Position numbers and translations under genes: made by a program. Below the pieces are notes generated by a model. It was not told where the DNA came from. It saw only the letters and a list, made by a program, of their open reading frames with translations, and did no database searches. Positions 1 to 11,039 of a stretch of DNA of 64,000 nt are shown here, one piece after another (the stretch's first letter is position 1; every line of letters starts with the position of its first letter). The stretch is from a virus (taxonomy: Duplodnaviria > Caudoviricetes), in IMG/VR virus record IMGVR_UViG_3300021400_003144; one strand, 5' to 3'.

Positions 1-84
1 TTTAATAAATTAAGTAGCAGAGAGAATAATGGTGTATACTTCTATAGAATAAATGGGTATTCAACTGACATAGATAAGTTTATA

Positions 85-2295
85 GTGGAATATTATAAGA
101 CTGCTCTGAATAATGGAGTTATCCTTAGTAAAATACAGAATCCTGATGAAAAGAACTTAGAATACTATAATGAAGTTATGGGCAGTAACTTCATATTAGA
201 CTTGAAATTTATAAAGGATAGTCTAAATAAGTGGCTACCTAGATTAAATAATAGTCAGGCTGATAGTGTAGCTGAAGCTATGTATAATGTTCTTGAAGAT
301 TTAAAGAAGAACGGAAAGACAGATAGTATAATTAAGAACACATATATTAAGTTTATGTGCTGGTTATACTATAAGTTTGAAAGAATAGTAAATCAGTTAG
401 GAAATGAAAATATACCTAAGATACTATATTTTGGCAGTAATATAAGTAGGCATGAATTATTGCTTTTGTCAGTATTAAATAAAGCAGGCTGTGATATAGT
501 CCTAGTTCAAATGCAGGGTGACCTAGAGTATAGTAAGTTAGACAGTGACAATAGCATATCAGACAAGTTAGATATAGAGGGGTTGCAGGAATTTCCTGAT
601 GGGTATTCATTAGATAAAATAAAGCATGACGTTCAGGCAGATGCTGAGACAGATAGACTATATTATAGCTTGTGTTTAAGCAATGGACGAGAAATGAATG
701 GTACTTCTTGGAACAAAAAGATTATAAAGTGTAGCACTAATGATTGGATAGATGACAATAAGATTGATTTTGATAAAGCATTGAGTCTTATACAGACAAC
801 TGGTAAGGTTAGACATGCTAATTTGAATGAGGATACATTCTATAACTGTTTCTTTAGAGTCATTGGTACTGAAGATAAGATGCTTTATGAGGAAAAACTA
901 TTTAAGTTCCAGAGTGAGTTAAAAGCAAATAAACGTAATTTAGTCATTGTAAATAAAGAGATTGGCAAGCCAACTGTTGATGAAGTGTCTAAGGTGAACA
1001 GAACAAATTATAAAGATATCAATAGTTTAATAGCTGGGCTTGCAGGAAATATAAGGTATTTAGGAAATGATGATATACATAGGATTATGATTAAGTCATT
1101 TGTAGATACCATGATTGAGGCTGGTAAAATAGAAGATAACATAAATAGATTGACAAATAAGGCAGTATATTTGATTTGTTGGTTGAACAGATATAAAGAT
1201 AAGCTGTTTAAGGGTTGGATGTACGGAGATACAGCTTGTTTTGTTTATCTAGGTGGCTGTAAGGATTGCAGTGAGTCACTATTTATTAAATTTCTATCTA
1301 AGTTACCTGTGGATATACTTATTTTATGTCCTAGTCAATTACATAAGTGTGTTTTAAAGGATGATGCATTGTATGAGATAATTGGAACAGATTATTTAGA
1401 TATGGAGGTCTTTCCTGAGGAAAATACTAGCATCAGAACATTAGCTTATAATGCTGAAAGAGAGTTGGATACACTGTTATATACAGATTCTGGTATTTAC
1501 AGAGATAAGCAGTTCAGAAAAATAAATACAATTAATCTTAAAACTATGTATGAGGAAATTGCTACTCTTTGGAAAAACTGCTTGCAGTATAGAACAGGAT
1601 TTAATGTGACAGGTGATACAGCTAATTTACCTGTTATATTTGCTAAGGTATCTGGTGTAAAAAATGGAGATATAGATAGGTATTGGTTTGAGATAAGCAG
1701 GCTGATTACACCTGATACATTACTTATAACAAGTGCTCCTTACATAAAGACAAATACATTTTGTTGGAACAATAGCGTTGAGTGTTATAAGCGTGGAAAG
1801 CTTGATAGAGACAGAATAAAATCTAACTATGCATATGCATATAACATACTTAGAGATGATATTCAGAACTTGATTTTAGATAAGCTACAGCTTATGTTAG
1901 ATAAATCTCTAATAAAAGGTATGGGTCAGAATGGAACAGAATATTTAGTAATTGCTGAAATTTTAAGTCTTCCAAAAGAAGTAGTAAGGCTTATACAGAA
2001 GTTTGATTTTACAAAGGTAAATCCTAAGGTTATATATGTGCATACAGGTGATGGCATAGTGTCTATAGAAGATGCAATAATGTTAACTTTCTTGAATTTA
2101 ATTGGGTTTGATATAATTTTGTTTACACCTACTGGATATAACATGCTTGGAACATATATTAATGACTGTAATATAGTAGAATATCAAATTGGTGATTATT
2201 TTTATGACTTGCAAGTTCCAGATTTGCATAATTATAATTTATCTTCACCATTGCAACAAATAAAGAAGTTTTTTATTAAGAGAGGGATTAAATAA
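85..2295 (+). CDS. yceG: YceG-like Ter-associated protein
   Basis: 736 aa with repeated PKILYFG / L...GCDIVL and PKVIYV / LIGFDIILFTPTGY motifs; directly upstream of telA and terD genes, as in Bacillota yce/ter clusters. Confidence 0.75.
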   Translation: MEYYKTALNNGVILSKIQNPDEKNLEYYNEVMGSNFILDLKFIKDSLNKWLPRLNNSQADSVAEAMYNVLEDLKKNGKTDSIIKNTYIKFMCWLYYKFERIVNQLGNENIPKILYFGSNISRHELLLLSVLNKAGCDIVLVQMQGDLEYSKLDSDNSISDKLDIEGLQEFPDGYSLDKIKHDVQADAETDRLYYSLCLSNGREMNGTSWNKKIIKCSTNDWIDDNKIDFDKALSLIQTTGKVRHANLNEDTFYNCFFRVIGTEDKMLYEEKLFKFQSELKANKRNLVIVNKEIGKPTVDEVSKVNRTNYKDINSLIAGLAGNIRYLGNDDIHRIMIKSFVDTMIEAGKIEDNINRLTNKAVYLICWLNRYKDKLFKGWMYGDTACFVYLGGCKDCSESLFIKFLSKLPVDILILCPSQLHKCVLKDDALYEIIGTDYLDMEVFPEENTSIRTLAYNAERELDTLLYTDSGIYRDKQFRKINTINLKTMYEEIATLWKNCLQYRTGFNVTGDTANLPVIFAKVSGVKNGDIDRYWFEISRLITPDTLLITSAPYIKTNTFCWNNSVECYKRGKLDRDRIKSNYAYAYNILRDDIQNLILDKLQLMLDKSLIKGMGQNGTEYLVIAEILSLPKEVVRLIQKFDFTKVNPKVIYVHTGDGIVSIEDAIMLTFLNLIGFDIILFTPTGYNMLGTYINDCNIVEYQIGDYFYDLQVPDLHNYNLSSPLQQIKKFFIKRGIK

Positions 2296-3440
2296 TGGGT
2301 ATTAAGTTTAAATCAGAAGAAAAGGCAGAAACACCAGTAGCAACTGCTCCTGTAGCAGAGGTAAAAGATGAGATTACTGAGGTAGAACAGTATGACATTG
2401 TAGCAGATAGAGAGAAGATGAATGCAGAGCTTGCAAACTCTGAGGAAGTTGATGCTCTCGTAAGTACCATTGAGGTTGATAATCTTGAGAGTATTGTAAA
2501 CTTTGGAGCTGATGTAGCTAGTGAAATTTCAAAGGCTTCAGATGTTGTGCTTAATAGTATGGATATGACTCAGCTTGACGGTACAGGTGAGCTTATGAAG
2601 GCTCTTGCTGACATCATGGAGAAGTTTGATGTTAAGGAAGTTGAAAATGAGCCTAACTTACTTCAAAAGCTTTTTACAAATATGGAAAAGCAGATTGAGA
2701 AGATTATGCATAAGTACAATACAATGGGTAATGAGATTGACAGAATATATGTTCAGCTTAAGCAGTATGAGAGTGAGATTAAGCAGTCAAATAAAAATCT
2801 TGCACTTATGTTTGATACTAATGTAAATTACTATCATGACCTTGTTAAGTACATTCTTGCAGGTGAGCAGGCATGTAAGGAAATTAAAGATTATCTTGAG
2901 CAGAAGCAGAAGGAGTTTGATAAGACTGGAGATACATCACTTCAGTTTGAGATTAATAATCTGAATCAGGCTCTTAGCATGATGGAGCAGAGAACTTATG
3001 ACCTCAGAACAGCTGAGAATGTAGCAATGCAGTCTATTCCTATGATTAAGACAATGGAGTTTAGTAACTATAATCTTGTAAGAAAGATTAATTCTGCATT
3101 TATAATTACACTGCCAGTATTTAAGCAGGCATTAGCTCAGGCTATTTTACTTAAGAGGCAGAAGATACAGGCTGAGTCATTGAGTGCTCTTGATAAGAAA
3201 ACTAATGAGATGCTTGTTAAGAATGCTCAGAACAATATGGAAGTAACTAAGCAGGCAGCTAGACTTGCATCTGGTAGCACAATTAAGATTGATACTCTTG
3301 AAAAGACATGGCAGACAATCACTAGTGGTATTGCTGAGACAAAGCAGATTGAGGAAGAGGCTCGTAATCAGAGAAATAGTGATAAAGTTAGACTTGAAGC
3401 ACTCAAGAATGAATTTATGGCTACTTATAATAAAAAGTGA
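2295..3440 (+). CDS. telA: Toxic anion resistance protein (TelA/YaaN/YceH family)
   Basis: 381 aa helical protein with AMQSIPMIK..N..LVRKINSAF and TNEMLVKNA motifs; ter context. Confidence 0.85.
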   Translation: MGIKFKSEEKAETPVATAPVAEVKDEITEVEQYDIVADREKMNAELANSEEVDALVSTIEVDNLESIVNFGADVASEISKASDVVLNSMDMTQLDGTGELMKALADIMEKFDVKEVENEPNLLQKLFTNMEKQIEKIMHKYNTMGNEIDRIYVQLKQYESEIKQSNKNLALMFDTNVNYYHDLVKYILAGEQACKEIKDYLEQKQKEFDKTGDTSLQFEINNLNQALSMMEQRTYDLRTAENVAMQSIPMIKTMEFSNYNLVRKINSAFIITLPVFKQALAQAILLKRQKIQAESLSALDKKTNEMLVKNAQNNMEVTKQAARLASGSTIKIDTLEKTWQTITSGIAETKQIEEEARNQRNSDKVRLEALKNEFMATYNKK

Positions 3441-3445
3441 GTAGG

Positions 3446-3482
3446 ATTTACATGCTCAATTTAGTAGATTGGGCATGTAAAT
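3446..3482 (+). terminator. Intergenic hairpin
   Basis: ATTTACATGCTCAAT / ATTGGGCATGTAAAT inverted repeat after the telA stop; no strong U tract. Confidence 0.55.
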
Positions 3483-3534
3483 ATTATAAGGTATAATTAA
3501 AATTTTAAATAAATGTTTATTTTGGAGGTATATT

Positions 3535-4116
3535 ATGTCAGTAAAGTTGTCAAAAGGACAGAAGGTTAGCCTTTCTAAGGAAAATCCTAATCTGTATAAA
3601 ATCACTGTAGGTCTTGGTTGGGATGTAAATGAATATGATTCAGGCTATAACTTTGACCTTGACGCTGCAGCTTTTCTTTTAGGTAGCAGAGGAACATGTC
3701 CTACTGAAGATGATTTTGTTTTCTATAATAATCTTAAGCATAAGAGTGGTTCTGTAGAGCACCTTGGTGATAATCTTACAGGTGCAGGAGAGGGTGATGA
3801 TGAGCAGATTAAAGTTGACCTTTCAGCAGTTCCTGATGAAATTGAGAGGATTGCATTTACAGTAACAATTTTTGATGCAACAAAGAGAAATCAGAACTTT
3901 GGTCAGGTATCAAATGCCTATATTCATATCATTGATGATGTTACTGGAAATGAGATTATCAGATATGATTTGGGAGAGGACTTCAGTATTGAGACAGCTG
4001 TAGTTGTAGGAGAGCTTTACAGAAATAATGGAGAATGGAAGTTCAATGCTATAGGCAGTGGTTTCCAGGGTGGTCTTGCAGCATTGTGTGCTCATTTTGG
4101 TATTGATGCTGAGTAA
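3535..4116 (+). CDS. terD: TerD family stress protein
   Basis: [42 protein letters not shown] motifs. Confidence 0.95.
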   Translation: MSVKLSKGQKVSLSKENPNLYKITVGLGWDVNEYDSGYNFDLDAAAFLLGSRGTCPTEDDFVFYNNLKHKSGSVEHLGDNLTGAGEGDDEQIKVDLSAVPDEIERIAFTVTIFDATKRNQNFGQVSNAYIHIIDDVTGNEIIRYDLGEDFSIETAVVVGELYRNNGEWKFNAIGSGFQGGLAALCAHFGIDAE

Positions 4117-4136
4117 AATATAGGAGGTAGTTTTAA

Positions 4137-4718
4137 ATGGGTATTTGTTTAACTAAAGGGCAGAAGGTAAGTCTTACAAAGGATAATCCAGGTCTTAAGA
4201 ATGTTATAGTAGGGCTTGGCTGGGATGCAAATGTGTTTGATACAGGTGATGCTTTTGACCTTGATGCATCAGTATTTCTTCTTGGTGAAGATGGTAAGGT
4301 TACAAGTACAGATGATTTTGTATTTTATGGAAATAAGGTACATAAGTCTGGTTCAGTAGAGCATCTTGGAGATAACAGAACTGGTGATGGTGAAGGTGAT
4401 GATGAACAGATTAAGGTAGACCTTTCTAAGGTTCCTGAGAACATTAAGAAGATTGTTTTCACTGTTACAATCTATGATTATGAGACTAGAAAGCAGAACT
4501 TCGGACAGGTTGAAAATGCTTATGTAAGAATCATTGATGAAAATACAGGAACAGAGCTTGTAAGATATGACCTTTGTGAAGATTTTAGCATTGAGTCAGC
4601 TGTAGTATTTGGTGAGTTGTATAGAAACAATGGTGAGTGGAAGTTTAATGCTATTGGTTCTGGATATCAGGGTGGACTTGCAGCTCTTTGTAACAACTAC
4701 AACGTAGATGTTGATTAA
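4137..4718 (+). CDS. terD: TerD/TerE family stress protein
   Basis: Same TerD motifs ([27 protein letters not shown]); paralogue of 3535-4116. Confidence 0.95.
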   Translation: MGICLTKGQKVSLTKDNPGLKNVIVGLGWDANVFDTGDAFDLDASVFLLGEDGKVTSTDDFVFYGNKVHKSGSVEHLGDNRTGDGEGDDEQIKVDLSKVPENIKKIVFTVTIYDYETRKQNFGQVENAYVRIIDENTGTELVRYDLCEDFSIESAVVFGELYRNNGEWKFNAIGSGYQGGLAALCNNYNVDVD

Positions 4719-4791
4719 ATGAAAAGTATAAAAATGGATTGTTCACAAATAAATGTGAGCAGTCCATTTAAAATTAAATAGGAGATTCAAT

Positions 4792-5421
4792 ATGAGTGTA
4801 AGTTTAAAGAAGGGTGAAAGAATTAGTCTCAGTAAGGAAAGTAAAGGACTTTCAAATATTACAGTAGGTCTTGGATGGCATGAGAATGATGCAAAGGGTG
4901 GAAATGGAGGATTCTTTGGTAAGCTTTTTGGTAGTTCATCAAGTTCAGGAAGCTCTTATGACTTTGACTGTGATGCTTCAGCATTGTTACTTGAGGATGG
5001 AAAGTTTGTAAATACAAGGGATTTGGTCTATTTCGGAAATTTGAGACATATATCTGGAGCAGTAAATCATTCCGGTGATAATCTTACTGGTGGCGGTGAT
5101 AGTGCTAATGACAGTGAACAGATTAAGATTGAACTTGATAAGGTTCCTAATCAGTTTGATAAGATTGTCATTGTAGCTAATATCTATCAGGCTAAATCAA
5201 GGAAACAGCATTTCGGAATGATAAAGAATGCTTTTATCAGAATTGTTGATGAAAAGACAGGAACTGAGATGTGCAGATATGACCTTACAGATGATTATTC
5301 TGGTAAGACAACAATCATCTTTGGTGAGATTTACAGAGATGCAGGCGAATGGAAGTTCAATGCTATTGGTAATGGCACTACAGATGGTAATTTAACTGAG
5401 ATTACAAATAGGTTTAGATAA
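4792..5421 (+). CDS. TerD family protein (TerZ/YceC-like)
   Basis: TerD motifs plus the GGFFGKLFG insertion typical of YceC/TerZ-like members. Confidence 0.9.
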   Translation: MSVSLKKGERISLSKESKGLSNITVGLGWHENDAKGGNGGFFGKLFGSSSSSGSSYDFDCDASALLLEDGKFVNTRDLVYFGNLRHISGAVNHSGDNLTGGGDSANDSEQIKIELDKVPNQFDKIVIVANIYQAKSRKQHFGMIKNAFIRIVDEKTGTEMCRYDLTDDYSGKTTIIFGEIYRDAGEWKFNAIGNGTTDGNLTEITNRFR

Positions 5422-5434
5422 GCATACAGATATA

Positions 5435-8083
5435 ATGGAGAATATGGATAAGATGGAGAAGTTGGATAAAGACATTCTGATTAGAGGACTGACAGATGCT
5501 GAAGTAGAAGAGAGCAAGTCAAAGTTCGGTGTGAATGAGTTAGCTAAGAAAGAGACAGAGTCATTATGGCAGATGTTCTTAGGAGCATTTGATGATATCT
5601 GGATTAAAGTACTTTGTGGTGCTTTGATTTTAAAGATTGTTCTTGCAGTAGTAGGTATGTACATTCCTGAAATGTCAGGTGGAAGTGATGCTATTGAGAT
5701 TATCAGTATTGTAATGGCGATTGCATTGGCAACTGGATTTAGTACATTATCTGAGTATAGAAATACTTCAAGGAGTGAGGCTCTGCAGGAAGAGTACAAT
5801 AAGACATATGCCAAGGTAATGAGAAACGGAAAGCTTGTAAATATTCTTACAAGCGAAATTGTTAAGGGTGATGTAATTCTTGTACAGGCAGGTGATAAGG
5901 TTCCAGTTGATGGTTTAATGTTTGATGGAACTGTAAAGGTATCACAGGCAGCTCTTAATGGTGAGTCAAGAGATGAAACTAAGACAGCTACTGATAGTAT
6001 GGAAGAGGCAGAGTCAACAGATTATTCATCTAAGAGTAAAATCTTTATGGGTTCTGTAGTAACATCTGGTGAGGGTTACATGGTAGCTACAGTAATTGGA
6101 GATGCATCAGAACTTGGTAAGATTAACAAAGCTCTTACAGATAATACTGAAGAGGAAAGAAAAGATACAAGTAGTTTAAAGCTTGAGGTTGTAGCAGCTG
6201 GCATTGGTAAACTTGGTGTATCTGCGGCTGTAATAGCTGGTGTACTTCATGTAGGTCTTACACTAATGAGGGCTAATGAAGAGGCTTCACTAGTAACAAT
6301 TCTACTTCTTGTAGCTGAAGCTGTAATGCTTATGGCAAGTATAGTAATCATGGCTGTACCTGAGGGTCTTCCAATGATGAATAGCTTGGTTCAGAGTATG
6401 AATACAGAGAGCATGTATAAGAAAAATATTCTTGTAAGTCATAAGGCAGCATTCTCTGATTCAGCTTATATGAACGTATTGTTTAGTGATAAGACAGGAA
6501 CAATTACTCAGGGTAATCTTTCACTTGTTGAATTTATTACAGGTGATGGTGAAATTGTACCAAGTATTACAGATAGAGAGTTTATTGAAGCCATTACATT
6601 AAATAACCTGGCTAAGATTTCATCAGAGGGTAAGGCTATTGGTTCAAATAACATGGACAGAGCTCTTCTGACATATGCAATTAATAATGGTTATAATGAC
6701 AGCAAGAATGACCCTTCTAAGGTTGAAGAGATTAGTGGTTTTGACTCAGAAAAGAAGTGTGCTACAGTTAAACTTAAGAACGGAGTCATCTATTGGAAGG
6801 GTGCTACAGAGAATATCATTGATAAGGTTACTCATTATGTAGTATCTGACAGTGAGATAAAAGAGTTAACTGCTGAAGATAAGGAAAAGATTAAAGAAGT
6901 AATGCTTGCTCAGGCAAAGAGAACAATGAAACTTCTTAGTGTAGCTAAGATTGATGGTGATAAGACAATTTTATTTGCAATTCTTTGTTTGAGAGATAAC
7001 GTAAGAACAGATGCTGTTGAAACAGTACAGATTCTTAATAAGGCTGGTATTCAGGTAGTAATGGTAACTGGTGATGCAGAGGAAACAGCAGTAGCTATTG
7101 CAAAGGAAGCTGGTATTTATAATGAAGAGCATGGTGATGTAGTTCTTACTCATGAAAAGCTTGAGGGTATGACAGATGATGAACTTAAGGAAGTTCTTCC
7201 TAAGCTTAGAGTAGTAAGTAGAGCTAAGCCTCTTGATAAGAGGAGACTTGTAACATTGTCACAGCAGACAGATAATGTTTGTGGTATGACAGGTGATGGT
7301 GTAAATGATGCTCCTGCATTAAAGCAAGCAGATATTGGTTTTGCAATGGGTGATGGAACAGCAGTAGCTCAGGAAGCAGGAGATGTAGTTATTCTGAATA
7401 ACAGTCTAACATCTATTAAGGACTGTGTTCTTAATAGTAGAACAATGGCTAAGAGTGTTGGAAAGTTCCTTATTTTCCAGTTGACAGTTAATATCAGTAC
7501 ATTGCTGATTAACATAATTGCTCCAATTCTTGGTTGGACAGAGCCATTCAGTATTGTTCAGATTCTTTGGATTAATCTTATTATGGATACGCTCGCAGCT
7601 ATGGCGTTTGGTGGTGAGCCTATTCTTGATAGATATATGAATGAGAAGCCTGTAAAGAGAACTGATAATATTCTTACAAAGTATATTAAATCAGCTATTG
7701 GATTAAGTGCTGTATTCATTACATTTGGTAGTGTTCTAATTCTTGAGAATGTAGCAGGTGTTACAAGTTATGTAACTCCAGAAGGATGTTCTGACCCAGA
7801 GTTATATAAGAAAACATTTATGTTTGCATTCTTCATTTATAGTATAATCTTCAATAGTTTAAATACAAGGTCTGAAACGATTAATGTATTTGAACATATT
7901 AATGAGAATAAGAGATTCATCTCAGTTATGAGTAGCATCTTTATTCTTCAGACAATTATCATTGAAATAGGTGGTAAGGTATTTAGCACAACCACACTAG
8001 ATATTAAAGCTTTACTTGTTTCAATGGCATTAGCATTCTGCATCATTCCTGTGGATATGGTACGAAAGCTAATTACAAAGTAA
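5435..8083 (+). CDS. P-type ATPase, probably Ca2+-transporting
   Basis: DKTGT phosphorylation site, AVPEGLP, MVTGD, TGDGVNDAPALK, QILWINLIMDT; actuator motif reads NGES instead of TGES. Confidence 0.92.
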   Translation: MENMDKMEKLDKDILIRGLTDAEVEESKSKFGVNELAKKETESLWQMFLGAFDDIWIKVLCGALILKIVLAVVGMYIPEMSGGSDAIEIISIVMAIALATGFSTLSEYRNTSRSEALQEEYNKTYAKVMRNGKLVNILTSEIVKGDVILVQAGDKVPVDGLMFDGTVKVSQAALNGESRDETKTATDSMEEAESTDYSSKSKIFMGSVVTSGEGYMVATVIGDASELGKINKALTDNTEEERKDTSSLKLEVVAAGIGKLGVSAAVIAGVLHVGLTLMRANEEASLVTILLLVAEAVMLMASIVIMAVPEGLPMMNSLVQSMNTESMYKKNILVSHKAAFSDSAYMNVLFSDKTGTITQGNLSLVEFITGDGEIVPSITDREFIEAITLNNLAKISSEGKAIGSNNMDRALLTYAINNGYNDSKNDPSKVEEISGFDSEKKCATVKLKNGVIYWKGATENIIDKVTHYVVSDSEIKELTAEDKEKIKEVMLAQAKRTMKLLSVAKIDGDKTILFAILCLRDNVRTDAVETVQILNKAGIQVVMVTGDAEETAVAIAKEAGIYNEEHGDVVLTHEKLEGMTDDELKEVLPKLRVVSRAKPLDKRRLVTLSQQTDNVCGMTGDGVNDAPALKQADIGFAMGDGTAVAQEAGDVVILNNSLTSIKDCVLNSRTMAKSVGKFLIFQLTVNISTLLINIIAPILGWTEPFSIVQILWINLIMDTLAAMAFGGEPILDRYMNEKPVKRTDNILTKYIKSAIGLSAVFITFGSVLILENVAGVTSYVTPEGCSDPELYKKTFMFAFFIYSIIFNSLNTRSETINVFEHINENKRFISVMSSIFILQTIIIEIGGKVFSTTTLDIKALLVSMALAFCIIPVDMVRKLITK

Positions 8084-8095
8084 TATATACTTTGT

Positions 8096-8126
8096 AGAGG
8101 ATATAGGAAACTATATCCTCTTTTTT
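8096..8126 (+). terminator. Rho-independent terminator
   Basis: AGAGGATATAG-GAAA-CTATATCCTCT followed by a T run. Confidence 0.85.
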
Positions 8127-8147
8127 ATTGTAAAAATATTTAAAATA

Positions 8148-8180
8148 AGTATTGAAATTTATATGAAATTGTGTTATTAT
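8148..8180 (+). promoter_or_regulatory. SigA-type promoter (recurrent element motif)
   Basis: AGTA-TTGAAA, 17 nt ending GTGT, TATTAT. Confidence 0.75.
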
Positions 8181-8221
8181 AAATATAATTGATAAGGTTA
8201 GATTGTACTAGGAGATAAGTT

Positions 8222-8650
8222 ATGGAAAGGTCAGAAGTAGTAAATAAAATCATTGAGAATAGTATTGCATACTTAAATGAGTACTTAAGTGAGATTAATG
8301 TGCATACACTTACACATGGTTGGACAGATAGAGAGAAAGCATACGTTGTAGCTATTATATATGGTATTATAAGATACTTTGAAGATGATGCAGGATTAAG
8401 ACAGGTGGATGCAAAGAGTGGAAAGTATATACTTGATGATGTAAGTATACTATTACTTAGTGAGAGCAGGACTTCCTTAGGTGAGAGAATTTTACATAGG
8501 GTAATAGATAGTATGCATTTAGAGTCAGTATTTTTACTTTCAAGTTGGATGAATGATAGGTTTATTAGAGACAATATAATTGGAACATTTGAACTTTGTG
8601 CATTTGAGAAGAAGCATGAGGGTGAGTGTATGAAGCTTGAGAGTGCTTAA
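8222..8650 (+). CDS. Hypothetical protein
   Basis: 142 aa ORF with AGGAG RBS directly after the promoter. Confidence 0.7.
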   Translation: MERSEVVNKIIENSIAYLNEYLSEINVHTLTHGWTDREKAYVVAIIYGIIRYFEDDAGLRQVDAKSGKYILDDVSILLLSESRTSLGERILHRVIDSMHLESVFLLSSWMNDRFIRDNIIGTFELCAFEKKHEGECMKLESA

Positions 8651-8709
8651 GATTGAGAGTGATTTGATATGAACAGTAATTGTATCAGTAAAGATTTGGA
8701 GGATAGGCA

Positions 8710-9033
8710 ATGGACAATAAAGAAGCATACATTGAACTTCATAAGTTCTATGAAGCTATATTTAAGAGTAACATTAAAAATGTTATTAAAGATGCAGATA
8801 AGCTTGATGAAGCTTTTAAGGTTGCTTTTGATTACTTAACTGTAAAGAAACCAAGCTGTTTAAATGATGATGAAATAGAGACATTTCAGTCATATATTGA
8901 CGATGATGACATGCAAACTGCTTTTGGAAACAGTGACTGGTGTGAAATATATAGTAAGATTACTAATGGTACTTTTACTGGCAAGGCTATAAGACTTAAA
9001 GAACATTGGGATGAAGATGGTGGTGAATATTAA
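8710..9033 (+). CDS. Hypothetical protein
   Basis: 107 aa ORF with GGAGG RBS. Confidence 0.65.
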   Translation: MDNKEAYIELHKFYEAIFKSNIKNVIKDADKLDEAFKVAFDYLTVKKPSCLNDDEIETFQSYIDDDDMQTAFGNSDWCEIYSKITNGTFTGKAIRLKEHWDEDGGEY

Positions 9034-9220
9034 GAATGGTTTTATGAATAAGTTAATACAACAAGCAAAAGAAAAATATCCAGTAAGTATATGCTATAAG
9101 GGCAGATTGACAGTAGAAGAATTAAATGAACTTGAAAAATATTGTGATGTGCATGCTTTTTCAGTATATATGAATGGTACTGTAGTATATAGTATAAGAT
9201 ACAGAAAGGAACAAATATGA
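9011..9220 (+). CDS. Small hypothetical protein
   Basis: Overlaps both neighbours (ATGA coupling to the next gene); start uncertain. Confidence 0.55.
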   Translation: MKMVVNIKNGFMNKLIQQAKEKYPVSICYKGRLTVEELNELEKYCDVHAFSVYMNGTVVYSIRYRKEQI

Positions 9221-9441
9221 CAAGTTTAATTGGAAGTAGATTCTTAGTTGATATAGATGATGAAGATAATGTAGTTGTCAAGTGTAGAACTAATAAGGGT
9301 TTTGAAGATGAAACAGAGAGTATTTTAAAGGGTGGAGCAGAGGCAGAAGAACTTCTTTATGACCTTATATATGCAGTTCAACGACTAGTAAAAGAAAGAG
9401 ATGAGCTGAAAGGCAAGATTGAAAACAATGAGAAAGTATAA
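9217..9441 (+). CDS. Small hypothetical protein
   Basis: 74 aa, AAGGA RBS. Confidence 0.6.
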   Translation: MTSLIGSRFLVDIDDEDNVVVKCRTNKGFEDETESILKGGAEAEELLYDLIYAVQRLVKERDELKGKIENNEKV

Positions 9442-9462
9442 GTTACAAGAAAGGTAAATTAT

Positions 9463-9783
9463 ATGGCTGAGAATAAATCAATACGTACAAATGGTGAAGT
9501 TATAATGCTACTTGCAAATGAATACTATCTTGAGACAAGTAATTGTGGAGAAACAGTTAAGATTCAGTTAGGAGATAATGTAGCAGAGATTGATGGTAAG
9601 TGGTTTAATCAGCCATGTGATGTATCAAGTCTGGCAAAACCTTATCTTATGAAGCTAAAAGCTAAGATGGAAGAAAGAGACAATGATAAGAGTGAAATAG
9701 CTAGTAATAGTATTTATGCAGGCTATCACTTAGCAGTAGAGCATATGATTGAAGAGATTAATACTATGATTGGTGAGAAGTAA
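9463..9783 (+). CDS. Hypothetical protein
   Basis: 106 aa, AAAGG RBS. Confidence 0.65.
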   Translation: MAENKSIRTNGEVIMLLANEYYLETSNCGETVKIQLGDNVAEIDGKWFNQPCDVSSLAKPYLMKLKAKMEERDNDKSEIASNSIYAGYHLAVEHMIEEINTMIGEK

Positions 9784-9798
9784 AATAAAGGGAAAGAT

Positions 9799-10029
9799 AT
9801 GTTTAATCTAGTAGAAAGTGGAAAGTTACTTAAAAAGTTGATTAAAGAGTCAAAGTATTCCATGAGAGAAATCTGTAAGATGCTTAATATAAGTAGAACA
9901 GCTATGTATGCTTGGTTCAGAGGTGAGTCACTGCCATCACTTGATAACTTATTCTTTTTAGCTGAGATACTTGATAAGAGACCAGATGAACTAATAGTTT
10001 ATGAGAGTATTTTAGACAGAGTAGCATAA
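9799..10029 (+). CDS. XRE/Cro-family helix-turn-helix regulator
   Basis: SMREICKMLNISRTAMYAWFRGESLPSLDNLFFLAEIL matches the HTH_3 pattern. Confidence 0.9.
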   Translation: MFNLVESGKLLKKLIKESKYSMREICKMLNISRTAMYAWFRGESLPSLDNLFFLAEILDKRPDELIVYESILDRVA

Positions 10030-10037
10030 TTAAAGTT

Positions 10038-10075
10038 AAGGGCTATTATATAATTAAATATAATAGTTCTTTTTT
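10038..10075 (+). terminator. Rho-independent terminator
   Basis: AAGGGCTATTATAT / ATATAATAGTTCTT plus T run. Confidence 0.7.
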
Positions 10076-10097
10076 ATTTGAATAAAAGTTTTAAATT

Positions 10098-10130
10098 AGT
10101 ATTGAAATTTTAGATAAATTGTGATAAAAT
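10098..10130 (+). promoter_or_regulatory. SigA-type promoter (recurrent motif)
   Basis: AGTA-TTGAAA, 17 nt ending GTGA, TAAAAT. Confidence 0.75.
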
Positions 10131-10147
10131 AATAGAAGTTGAAATAA

Positions 10148-10714
10148 TTGAGATACAAGTTATTAAAGGTGAAGGTAATGACTATACAAGAGAGAATAGA
10201 CATTGATAGAACTTTTGGTACATTAGGTGGTAATGTAAGTAACATTGTAATAACAGATTTACAGGGAACTAAGTTTTGTGAGTCTTTAAGAATGCTAGAA
10301 AGCTATAATGATTTTATATTATATCAACGGTATCAAGGTACAGATAGGTTTCAGTTTGTAGATAGTAGTCGTTATAGTTTTCCTAGAAATATAAGTGTGG
10401 TTGAATCTGTTAAAATATATATTGATAACAATGAATACAATAAATTTATGAGTATACCATATACAGATGATGTGGAGATTTCACAGTTTGGATATGGAAT
10501 TATGATAGAGATTAAATATTATGCTTTAAATAAGCATACTAGACATTATATAAATCAATATATTATAAAAAGATTCATTAGTTTTAAGAAATGGTGTCAT
10601 TCAGATTTAGCTGGGGCAGTATATAAAGTATTAGATACCAGTCTAAATGTGAATGATTACATCATGGATACTTCACATGATAGATACATGGAATATATGG
10701 AATTATTTAAGTGA
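10148..10714 (+). CDS. Hypothetical protein
   Basis: 188 aa ORF; true start possibly the ATG at 10178. Confidence 0.6.
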   Translation: MRYKLLKVKVMTIQERIDIDRTFGTLGGNVSNIVITDLQGTKFCESLRMLESYNDFILYQRYQGTDRFQFVDSSRYSFPRNISVVESVKIYIDNNEYNKFMSIPYTDDVEISQFGYGIMIEIKYYALNKHTRHYINQYIIKRFISFKKWCHSDLAGAVYKVLDTSLNVNDYIMDTSHDRYMEYMELFK

Positions 10715-10731
10715 TGATGAAGGAGTAAAAA

Positions 10732-11001
10732 ATGACAATTGAACTATTTTTAATTTGGATTTTTGTTGAGGTAGCTTGTATTACTGGCATTAGTTATTGC
10801 ATATTTGAGTTTGTACTAATGAGACTTCCATTTAAGATAGTTAGCATAACTAAGTATGATAAGGATACTTATATAATAAAAGTTAGTAGACTCTGGTTGA
10901 AATATGAATATATAACCGGTAGAGAAATGGAAGTTAATGATTTCGATAGAAACATTAATTTTAAAATAGTTATACAGGAAGAGAAAAAGAATGAGCAGTA
11001 A
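10732..11001 (+). CDS. Small membrane protein
   Basis: N-terminal hydrophobic helix, AAGGAG RBS. Confidence 0.6.
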   Translation: MTIELFLIWIFVEVACITGISYCIFEFVLMRLPFKIVSITKYDKDTYIIKVSRLWLKYEYITGREMEVNDFDRNINFKIVIQEEKKNEQ

Positions 11002-11039
11002 AGGGTGAATTTTGAGATTTAAAACGGAGAAGAAAATAA